Sequence record: PV112478.1
Length of the DNA stretch: 64,000 nt
Direction: 5' to 3' (one strand)
In this document: piece by piece, positions 43,524 through 50,893 of the stretch
Numbering within the stretch: position 1 is the stretch's first letter
Layout of the letters: every line of letters begins with the position of its first letter
Notes under the pieces: generated by a model
Seen by the model: only the letters and a program-made list of their open reading frames with translations
The model's database searches: none
What the model was told of the DNA's origin: nothing
Position numbers and translations under genes: made by a program

Positions 43524-44738
43524 TTACTGATTAGGGATGGAATATTTACCTTCAACACTTTCCACTGCCATCCATGCAGGGTCAGATTCAAAGGACTCAC
43601 CAGCCGGTGCAGGTTGAAGTTTGCCGGGTACACCTTCCCCTAGTGGATCCCATCCTTTAAACCCTTCGTTAAACGCCAACAATTGATCTACAGCTGCTCG
43701 AGCTTGATCTAACCGTCTTTTGTAGGAGTCTCCTGTAATGTAGACTGTACGGTAACGAGGAATTTGGTTTTTAAATTCCCGAAGCATTTGCTGGAAAAGA
43801 CTGTCTGTTTTCTCGCGGTCAGGATTCAACCGCAGACCGTCATCGACCCATGGTACTTCCGGCGAAAGAACCAACACGAGATCGTAATGTTCTTCAGCCG
43901 CGATAGCAGAAACAATAGGGTTAGGTTTACCCTCGTACAGTCGATGGTAATATTCCGTAATGAAGGCGTTCGTATCGATGAAACAGAGTCGATTAGAAGT
44001 ACGTAATGCTTCCTCCTCCAGCTCTTTGTGACGATACGCAATCAACGGGTAGTCAGAACTACGGAGAGTCGCTTCCGAACCCGCTAAGACCGTTTCACAG
44101 TACGTACGACCGTACTCTTCAACCCAGCTGGTATTGTAGAGTTTGGCGAGGTTCTTGACGAGGGAACTTTTCCCGGAACTCTCAACACCTAATACGACCA
44201 CCCGCAAACAATAATCTTTACGGACAATGCTCGGGAGATATTCCCAATGGTCGTAAAGGTTTTCACGGATCATGGTCGCAGAGATGGGAACGCGGGTACG
44301 GTTGCTGTCAACGATAACGTGTTCTACAAAACCGAGGTGCGTTTTGTATTTTTCATCGTAATCCAGCTCGCTACTGAAAATAGCAATGCTCTGCGCCTGA
44401 CTGTGGTTAGCTGCCAGTCTACCCGCCTCGTTGAAAATCTTAGCGCCGAGCAGAGCAGCGTATTCTTTCCAACCGTTAGGGTATTCCGGTACAGAAGCCT
44501 CGTCAATGAAATCGATCGTGACGTGTTCTGTATCCGCGTAAGTTTGTTGCAGCCAGCGCAGACGATTTTTGAAGTTGAGTACCTTTTGGTCTCGTGGCGA
44601 TTGTTTATCCAGCCAACGTTGGTCGTGGGAAAGAATAACGAGGACATGCTTAGACTGCACAGCAGCCTCTGTGATTAAGTTGATGTGCCCCAACGTAAGG
44701 GGCGCGAATTTACCGATTACTACGCCTAAGTCAAACAT
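43524..44738 (-). CDS. nadR: NadR-like bifunctional NMN adenylyltransferase / ribosylnicotinamide kinase, no HTH domain
   Basis: GKFAPLTLGH, ISATMIR, P-loop GVESSGKSSL, EEYGRTY, FIDT, PWVDDGLR. Confidence 0.93.
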   Translation of the reverse strand: MFDLGVVIGKFAPLTLGHINLITEAAVQSKHVLVILSHDQRWLDKQSPRDQKVLNFKNRLRWLQQTYADTEHVTIDFIDEASVPEYPNGWKEYAALLGAKIFNEAGRLAANHSQAQSIAIFSSELDYDEKYKTHLGFVEHVIVDSNRTRVPISATMIRENLYDHWEYLPSIVRKDYCLRVVVLGVESSGKSSLVKNLAKLYNTSWVEEYGRTYCETVLAGSEATLRSSDYPLIAYRHKELEEEALRTSNRLCFIDTNAFITEYYHRLYEGKPNPIVSAIAAEEHYDLVLVLSPEVPWVDDGLRLNPDREKTDSLFQQMLREFKNQIPRYRTVYITGDSYKRRLDQARAAVDQLLAFNEGFKGWDPLGEGVPGKLQPAPAGESFESDPAWMAVESVEGKYSIPNQ

Positions 44739-44756
44739 CTGATATACCCTTCCTTA

Positions 44757-45071
44757 TTAGCCTACGAAATGGTGATAAAGACGATGCAAGTCCCAGCCCT
44801 TATGATTCATCGCATTGAATCCCTGCTCATTCTTGACCACCACCTTGACGGCGTAGTCTTCCATCAGAAGGAAATCCCGTCCTGACTTAGAATGAATATC
44901 GCCATCGTAGACCGGACCATCTACAATCAGCTGGTTCATGGTACCGATAACATGGCCAACGTCGTTCCGCTCGAGTAACATCGTCACGGTTTTCTCTAAC
45001 TCGGCAGCGTACGCCATATCTGCTTCTTCATCGGCATCTAAACCACAAATTTCAATAATCTGATTCAACAT
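44757..45071 (-). CDS. Conserved phage hypothetical protein
   Basis: GPVYDGDIHSKSGRD motif. Confidence 0.7.
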   Translation of the reverse strand: MLNQIIEICGLDADEEADMAYAAELEKTVTMLLERNDVGHVIGTMNQLIVDGPVYDGDIHSKSGRDFLLMEDYAVKVVVKNEQGFNAMNHKGWDLHRLYHHFVG

Positions 45072-45084
45072 GTTTTAGTTTCCT

Positions 45085-45477
45085 TTATTCGGTCCAGGGA
45101 CGGAAAGTCCATGTACGGACTTTGTATTTACGGTTATCAAAACGACGGCTACGGATATAAACCTCTACAGTTAAACTCGTTGCCGTTGGGGTGAGAAAAA
45201 CAACCAGGTGCGCGGGTTCGTACTGGTACACCTCCGCTAAAGAAACAAACGCCGAAAACGGCAGACTTTTCTTTTCAGCGGAACGGAGATTCCGATAGAG
45301 CAGTTTCACTGCGCGTTTAGCGAACACCTGGTCGTGGTAACTGGCGTGACGGAGACTTTTCCGATTAGCGTTTAGCTTCATCAGAAACAAACGCTTCTCC
45401 GCCCATGGGAGGTAATAGCTCAAACTGATCCCTGCCCCAGAAAACAATATTGCTGATAGTGTTTTCATTAACGCCAT
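45085..45477 (-). CDS. Hypothetical protein
   Basis: Tiling. Confidence 0.65.
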   Translation of the reverse strand: MALMKTLSAILFSGAGISLSYYLPWAEKRLFLMKLNANRKSLRHASYHDQVFAKRAVKLLYRNLRSAEKKSLPFSAFVSLAEVYQYEPAHLVVFLTPTATSLTVEVYIRSRRFDNRKYKVRTWTFRPWTE

Positions 45478-45490
45478 TAATTTTCTTCTC

Positions 45491-45733
45491 CTATCGTATA
45501 TCGTTGTTGTCTTTCTTGAACGGGTTATAGATGTTCAGGTACCAAACCAACCCGACGAATATTCCGATGCAGATAAAAGGCCATGCAATACCAATTGTCA
45601 AAACCTTCCAGATCTCCATACGGAGGACGACGCGGCGATACTTGGGGTTAACGATAGGTTTCCACACGATCATCAGAAACACAACCGCCCAGAGCGCCCC
45701 GCCGGCAGATATCAACATTCCCGCTGTACTCAT
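45491..45733 (-). CDS. Small two-TM membrane protein
   Basis: Two hydrophobic segments. Confidence 0.7.
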   Translation of the reverse strand: MSTAGMLISAGGALWAVVFLMIVWKPIVNPKYRRVVLRMEIWKVLTIGIAWPFICIGIFVGLVWYLNIYNPFKKDNNDIR

Positions 45734-46044
45734 GACTTCACACCTACCGTTAAAAGGAGGCTTCGCAGGTAATCCGCATCCGGGTTGAGTACAACACTGA
45801 ACCGACTGTTGTCGTGAATCAGAATCAAATCACCGGGATAAAGAACTGCAGTGTGATTTCCGTCGTACACGAAATTCAAGGTCGCGTAATCTAACGCGTC
45901 TTGTTCAGGAAGCCGTGGCGTGACGGGTGGTTCATTCAGGATATCGGCGGCGGGGTCGCCTGCCAGGATACGTAAGAACCCGTTGTACTCAGTCGGAACA
46001 ATAGGGAGTTCCACATATTTCAGTTCAATCACGTGCGTTAACAT
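45730..46044 (-). CDS. Hypothetical protein
   Basis: GAGG RBS. Confidence 0.7.
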   Translation of the reverse strand: MLTHVIELKYVELPIVPTEYNGFLRILAGDPAADILNEPPVTPRLPEQDALDYATLNFVYDGNHTAVLYPGDLILIHDNSRFSVVLNPDADYLRSLLLTVGVKS

Positions 46045-46061
46045 GATTCACCTCTTTATCG

Positions 46062-46556
46062 TTAGTTATTAAAGGATCGAAAGAATTCGTTGCCGTGTTT
46101 AACCCCGTCGAGAATGTCGTTACAGAGTTTTGGTATTTCTCTGATAACTAGGATATCCATAATCTTGAAATCGGCACAGTGGATAGCCCGGAGTTTTTCA
46201 TAAGCGAGATCACCTTTAAGTGAACGCGTAATACCAAGGAGGTCACAGGTGCTTGTAATAGGGCAAAGAGAAAACCAACCTTGCTTTGCGTAGGTGTCAA
46301 AGTCCATGATTAGTTTTCTTAGGCCGATTTCTTTAAACGGGTCATTGCCCGCCGAGGGCCAGTTGATGGCCCTGGTTAACGGGTGAAGCGAATTTAACCA
46401 GAGAACGAAAGGGTCCGACTCTTCATAGGTCGCGTTTTCAGGAGCAAGATTACTCAGCGCTGTTCCGTTACCAATGCCGCTAAATTGTTTCTGATTTTCC
46501 ATCGTTACCTTATCCACACCCGTCGCAAAGACTTTACCAAAAAATTTAATAAGCAT
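46062..46556 (-). CDS. Conserved phage hypothetical protein
   Basis: TAATG coupling; IHCADF..M..IP motif. Confidence 0.7.
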   Translation of the reverse strand: MLIKFFGKVFATGVDKVTMENQKQFSGIGNGTALSNLAPENATYEESDPFVLWLNSLHPLTRAINWPSAGNDPFKEIGLRKLIMDFDTYAKQGWFSLCPITSTCDLLGITRSLKGDLAYEKLRAIHCADFKIMDILVIREIPKLCNDILDGVKHGNEFFRSFNN

Positions 46557-46816
46557 TAGAGCCCCTCGGTTGAGAACATTTTTAACCCGTGCCGATAGTG
46601 AACGCGGTTTTTCAATAGATGACCCATCTCAGCACAATTTTTCAGCCTGGTCGCAAGTAACGTTTTCCCCATCCGGCGGGGCGCTGAAATTGTGAGATTA
46701 CTGTCTAAACCATCAAAATAGGGTTTGGATACTTTAATGAGGAAAATATGGTTGGCGGTGACGGAACTCCTTTTCAGTTTCCTTCTCTGTATTTTCAAAC
46801 ATTTTTTCAAGGCCAT
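46556..46816 (-). CDS. Short basic protein with isolated Walker-A-like motif
   Basis: APRRMGKT; no Walker B within 86 aa. Confidence 0.55.
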   Translation of the reverse strand: MALKKCLKIQRRKLKRSSVTANHIFLIKVSKPYFDGLDSNLTISAPRRMGKTLLATRLKNCAEMGHLLKNRVHYRHGLKMFSTEGL

Positions 46817-46825
46817 AGCGTCTCC

Positions 46826-46951
46826 TTATTCTAGTGAATCATAGAGCTTCTTACCAATAGCAAACAGTATCTTAAGTATCGCACCGGAGATGTACCAAGC
46901 ACCACCGTAACAGAAGATTACGAAAATAACGATTTTCCATTCTACTGACAT
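46826..46951 (-). CDS. 41-aa membrane peptide (not in ORF track)
   Basis: GGAGG RBS; MSVEWKIVIFVIFCYGGAWYISGAILKILFAIGKKLYDSLE. Confidence 0.7.
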   Translation of the reverse strand: MSVEWKIVIFVIFCYGGAWYISGAILKILFAIGKKLYDSLE

Positions 46952-46980
46952 AGTACACCTCCGGTATTTAAGAAATAATA

Positions 46981-47010
46981 ACTGAGAGAGGGGTAACGCC
47001 CTCTCTCAGT
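46981..47010 (-). terminator. Intrinsic terminator
   Basis: ACTGAGAGAGGG-gtaacg-CCCTCTCTCAGT. Confidence 0.8.
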
Positions 47011-47013
47011 CAG

Positions 47014-47640
47014 TCAATATAAGTTTTCGGAATAAAGTTCGTTGTTAATAATGATAACGTTGGGACGTGTGGCGTTAATTTGTCCGGCGTGTTTCGCAAT
47101 GACAAACGCGTCTTCTCGATTCCAATAACGATCCCATTGATCGATAAACCCTTGTCCGCTACCGTGCGGGAAACTAACGGGTTCTTCACCTGCCTTTGCC
47201 CGGAGGCGTTTGATCTCATCGCCGAGGATATGCTGAAGAAGCGAACCATGGCGCGAAGAAGGAATGACCAAGGGCTCTTCCTCTTTTAACCCCAGCGCTT
47301 CTCCGAGTCTTTCGTTCGGTTTCACTGTCCCCCAGATATTCGCCGCTGAAACGATACGAACCTGAACAAAGATACCCGGTGACGGCTCGTGTACGCAAAT
47401 AGCCGGGAGGGTCGCTCTTTGTTCTTCAGTGAGTACTTCGTCATCAGCGTAGCCTTCCTCTTTACGGAAATGAGATTCGGCTAATTGACACGACGCGAGG
47501 ATATCCATGGCCAATTTGCGAGCAGAGTCGATATCAAACTCGTACTGACCGCTCTTTAACAGAATAACCTTATCATCGCGAATGTCGTAATCGCGGATAT
47601 CTACTCGACTGTAGTCACCTTCATGAATCATTTTAGCCAT
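47014..47640 (-). CDS. Conserved phage hypothetical protein
   Basis: RHG..QGFIDQW..Y.NREDA..IA..AGQI..LYSENLY pattern. Confidence 0.75.
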   Translation of the reverse strand: MAKMIHEGDYSRVDIRDYDIRDDKVILLKSGQYEFDIDSARKLAMDILASCQLAESHFRKEEGYADDEVLTEEQRATLPAICVHEPSPGIFVQVRIVSAANIWGTVKPNERLGEALGLKEEEPLVIPSSRHGSLLQHILGDEIKRLRAKAGEEPVSFPHGSGQGFIDQWDRYWNREDAFVIAKHAGQINATRPNVIIINNELYSENLY

Positions 47641-47923
47641 TAAGATTCTTCCTCAAGGAAAGTTTCTGACCCAGTTTGAGGGTGCGGATCGGAAGTTCGA
47701 TTGATCCACACGCATTGGCGATAATGGTTCCTGTCGGTGTTCCAACCACCGCAGTGAATTCATCGGGATGTTTCTCAATCAACCCGATGCTGGCGGAGAA
47801 CAGATCTTCATCGCGCGCGAGCAGATGTAAATCAGCTTCACTTACGATGTCGCCGATGTAAGGATAATTTGGATTGCGGTCATAGGCGACAGTTGGAGAC
47901 TGCTTGACTTTCTTTGCCGACAT
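47633..47923 (-). CDS. Hypothetical protein
   Basis: Coupled to SspB stop. Confidence 0.65.
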   Translation of the reverse strand: MSAKKVKQSPTVAYDRNPNYPYIGDIVSEADLHLLARDEDLFSASIGLIEKHPDEFTAVVGTPTGTIIANACGSIELPIRTLKLGQKLSLRKNLNG

Positions 47924-48351
47924 TATTCCTTCCCTCCGGAGATAACCGAAAATGGATTTGGTTTCTTAGTTTCTTTTGCTGGTTCAGCGGGTTCGTCAGA
48001 ACGCCCGTCAGCAGTGATGAGTTTTTGCGGGAGTTGAATCATCTGTTCCGGGTTATCAGGGTTAAACATCTGAATGACGGACCCCCACGGGAAAGTGTCT
48101 GAGGCGAGTTTACCCCCGAAACGCCCTTCGAAGAACAACCCTTCGTCCAGTGAAGAAAGCTGACAGGAATGCGGAGAAACATTCAGTGTCAATACGTGAT
48201 ATCCCTGCATGTTAGGGACCGGTTTGACATATTGACGAAGAATGGGATTCACGGTGATTTCGGTACCAAAGACCGTGATGTAAATACGGCTGCCATTATC
48301 GATAAGCCAGCTATAACCTGCATCAAACAACGCTTTATTTAAAGAAGACAT
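47923..48351 (-). CDS. sspB: SspB-like ClpXP adaptor
   Basis: YSWLIDN, LTLNVSP, FEGRFGG, FPWGSVIQMF versus E. coli YEWLLDN, IVLNIAP, FNARFGG, VPLAAVLAIY; flexible tail ending FSVISGGKE. Confidence 0.8.
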   Translation of the reverse strand: MSSLNKALFDAGYSWLIDNGSRIYITVFGTEITVNPILRQYVKPVPNMQGYHVLTLNVSPHSCQLSSLDEGLFFEGRFGGKLASDTFPWGSVIQMFNPDNPEQMIQLPQKLITADGRSDEPAEPAKETKKPNPFSVISGGKE

Positions 48352-48380
48352 GTGTTACTCCCGATTGTTATTTAATTACC

Positions 48381-48409
48381 TTCACTCAGGTGATATAGAT
48401 TTTAAAAGC
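48381..48409 (-). promoter_or_regulatory. Putative early promoter, copy 7 (inside the 3' end of the NADAR-like gene)
   Basis: gcttttaaa-ATCTATATCAC-ctgag-TGAA, upstream of sspB. Confidence 0.8.
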
Positions 48410-48876
48410 CGTCGAGTTTCTTCCCAAAACTCCACTAACCATTCTCCGCTTTTAGGCGTAACAACTTTAACGTCGTCTTCCCAGACACGCGCCCCTTTCT
48501 CCATTCGCCAATTACCGAAGACGTAGTAATGGGTAAAAGGTAGGGTTGAATTGACTAACGCTTGGTATTGGTGTTTGTAAGTATTCAGTTTCGCCAGATT
48601 AGCAGCTTTGATAATCGAGAGGAAATCAGGATGATGAACCACTTCCAATTTCTTCCCAAATGCTTTCGCCTCGTTACCGTACAAGCCTCTGAGGTATTGG
48701 TGTTTAAAACCGGTTTTTGCGTAATACCAAAACCCTTCCATACTTTCAAAGTTTCCGTACTCAGGGTGAATGAAAGGTGTCTTTGGAAAGTGAGAGAGAA
48801 AGAACCCGAGACGGTTCTTGGACTTAGAGTAAATGTTGATGTGGTCAATACCGTCATTGTTTGGGTTCAAAGTCAT
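48382..48876 (-). CDS. NADAR-like protein (YbiA / T4 gp30.3 superfamily)
   Basis: FLSHF..PF...F.SMEGFW..K, EAKAFGK, L.NS...H, G.WL.E.W...R.LL. Confidence 0.6.
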   Translation of the reverse strand: MTLNPNNDGIDHINIYSKSKNRLGFFLSHFPKTPFIHPEYGNFESMEGFWYYAKTGFKHQYLRGLYGNEAKAFGKKLEVVHHPDFLSIIKAANLAKLNTYKHQYQALVNSTLPFTHYYVFGNWRMEKGARVWEDDVKVVTPKSGEWLVEFWEETRRLLKSISPE

Positions 48877-49132
48877 CAGGTGCTACCTTCCTGTACGCGT
48901 AAGTTTTTCGGAGAATATGTTTTTTCATCGGGCCCCAATAATTATTTTTGATACGATAGATTAAATGAAGTTGTTTAATCGTATAGTTGAACCGTCTTTC
49001 CGCTGTATCGAGGAATAATAACACAGGGGTCATCAATTTACGGGCTTTAACGATTTTTCTTTTATTTGTCCATATGACTTTAATCAGAATTTGATTCAAC
49101 AAGTTATTCAAATCGCTGTTATCTATCGCCAT
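48854..49132 (-). CDS. Hypothetical protein
   Basis: Tiling. Confidence 0.6.
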   Translation of the reverse strand: MAIDNSDLNNLLNQILIKVIWTNKRKIVKARKLMTPVLLFLDTAERRFNYTIKQLHLIYRIKNNYWGPMKKHILRKTYAYRKVAPDDFEPKQ

Positions 49133-49133
49133 T

Positions 49134-49361
49134 TTAGAATCCCGGTGTAGTTATCCAAAACCAAACTTCTTCGTAGATACGAAAAAATGTCGGCCATAAG
49201 AGTAGAGCCGTTCCCATTACGCATACGAGATTGATTATTTTCTTCTTTAGGGGTAATGGTCGAAATAAGTCAACAACAGAGAGCACCACCATAAGAGCAA
49301 ATATTAACGCGACAAAAAGTAAAACCCACTCTCCAAAAATATTAGTCGGGTAAAGGTTCAT
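49134..49361 (-). CDS. Small two-TM membrane protein
   Basis: GGAGG RBS; two hydrophobic segments. Confidence 0.7.
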   Translation of the reverse strand: MNLYPTNIFGEWVLLFVALIFALMVVLSVVDLFRPLPLKKKIINLVCVMGTALLLWPTFFRIYEEVWFWITTPGF

Positions 49362-49370
49362 ATTCCCTCC

Positions 49371-49772
49371 TTAGCGATTGTAAAAAAGAAAAGCTAAAAT
49401 TCCAATCACTATAGCGGCAAAGCCCCCTAGCCATTTTCTACGTGATCCCTTTTTTACATCCCCAGAAGACCAAGGGGAGAACCCCTCGTTTAATCTTTTC
49501 ACTATCTCTTCTACTTCGTGATAGTAGTTTTCATACCGTTCAGAAATTCCTTTCTCATCGTAGAGTAAGTCATCCATTTTATATCTTAACGGTAGAAAAT
49601 TACGTGACAAAATATAACCGTCGTTATCTTTTATTATCGCCCACTTCGGTTCAATGGAAGAACTGGTACGCGGGAACAGTTTAATATCGGGGTTTCGTTT
49701 TGCTGCGACGACATAAAACTTAGGTTCTTTACTTTCCGTTATCTTTATATTCCCGCCAATTATTTCCACCAT
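49371..49772 (-). CDS. C-terminally anchored membrane protein
   Basis: KRLNE motif then C-terminal TM; paralog of next gene. Confidence 0.7.
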   Translation of the reverse strand: MVEIIGGNIKITESKEPKFYVVAAKRNPDIKLFPRTSSSIEPKWAIIKDNDGYILSRNFLPLRYKMDDLLYDEKGISERYENYYHEVEEIVKRLNEGFSPWSSGDVKKGSRRKWLGGFAAIVIGILAFLFYNR

Positions 49773-50188
49773 ACCGTTATCCCCTGATGAATGAGAAAAC
49801 CGACAGAAAAAAGAAAACCCGCTGATAACATTCCTGCCACGATTTGTAATACCGGGCTTTGATTGAAAATCGCCTTAGCTTGATTCCAACGGGTATTACC
49901 GAAGTCTATTTCAAACCCAGCAATTACACGCTCGTTTAAACGTTTTGCTTCTTTTTCTGCGCCTTCTTTAAAATGATAGGCGAATAGCTCCTGACACCCG
50001 AGCGCATCGACCATCTTTCCGTTATTTCCCGGATAGCACAAGGGAAGTTCATTGGAGGAAATAGGCGTACCGTTAATGTTCACGACAATCCAACTTCCCC
50101 GCGCTTCTGGGTGCTCAATCACCCGAAAGAATTTTCTTTCGATATAATAAAACTGAGGGCCCGAAGGCCCTCTTTTATTTTTTGCCAA
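49760..50188 (-). CDS. C-terminally anchored membrane protein
   Basis: TTG start with AAGGGGA; KRLNE then TM. Confidence 0.65.
   Translation of the reverse strand: MAKNKRGPSGPQFYYIERKFFRVIEHPEARGSWIVVNINGTPISSNELPLCYPGNNGKMVDALGCQELFAYHFKEGAEKEAKRLNERVIAGFEIDFGNTRWNQAKAIFNQSPVLQIVAGMLSAGFLFSVGFLIHQGITVWWK
50155..50172 (-). terminator. Terminator-like UUCG hairpin after dut
   Basis: GAGGGCC-ttcg-GGCCCTC followed by AGTTTT on minus strand. Confidence 0.6.
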
Positions 50189-50206
50189 AGGACAATCCCC
50201 TTTAGA

Positions 50207-50830
50207 TTACTTAACGCCGGAAGAACCCCAGCCGCTATCGCCGCGTTCAGAAGACGCACTGAAAGACTCGACCTCTTTCAGCGCCAGATGCCATACAGGG
50301 ACGACAACGAGCTGACTGATACGATCGCCAGGGTTGACGGTGAACGGAACGTCTGAGCGGTTCCAGAGCGGTATACCGATGGTTCCGGTATAGTCGCTGT
50401 CAATGACCCCAGTCAGGTTTCCGAGAACGATACCGTTTTTGTACCCTAACCCAGAGCGCGGATGGGTATTCAGCATGAAGTTCGGGTTATTCAGGTGAAT
50501 GGCCACACCGGAGGAGATCATCTTACACTCACCCGGATTCAGTACAACCGGTGCATCGATGGCTGCACGCAGATCGACTGCCGCAGAACCGGGGGTGGCG
50601 TAATCCAGTTTACCCCATTCGTTTTCGTAACGCGGGTCGTGGTAGATAATTTCAGCGGGAACGAACTGGCGCGGGTCAGGCTTATCAACACGGAAACGCT
50701 GAACGGTATCAACGGTAGATCCCAGCTGGGAGTGGTGTACGATAGCCCCTGTTTCGGTCTTAAAATAATTCAGGATTTCTTTTGGCTCAGACATTTTTAA
50801 CTCTCTTAGGTTGTTACGGTGGTTATTCAA
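50207..50830 (-). CDS. dut: Trimeric dUTPase
   Basis: Motifs AAVDL, PRSGLG, GVIDSDYTG, GDRISQLV, RGDSGWGSSG. Confidence 0.96.
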   Translation of the reverse strand: MNNHRNNLRELKMSEPKEILNYFKTETGAIVHHSQLGSTVDTVQRFRVDKPDPRQFVPAEIIYHDPRYENEWGKLDYATPGSAAVDLRAAIDAPVVLNPGECKMISSGVAIHLNNPNFMLNTHPRSGLGYKNGIVLGNLTGVIDSDYTGTIGIPLWNRSDVPFTVNPGDRISQLVVVPVWHLALKEVESFSASSERGDSGWGSSGVK

Positions 50831-50862
50831 ACTAAGTCGGCGTGCCGTTGAAAAATATAGCC

Positions 50863-50886
50863 GGGAGAGAGCCGTAGCCCTCTCCC
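50863..50886 (-). terminator. Hairpin terminator after tail proteins
   Basis: GGGAGAG...CTCTCCC. Confidence 0.6.
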
Positions 50887-50893
50887 TAAACTA

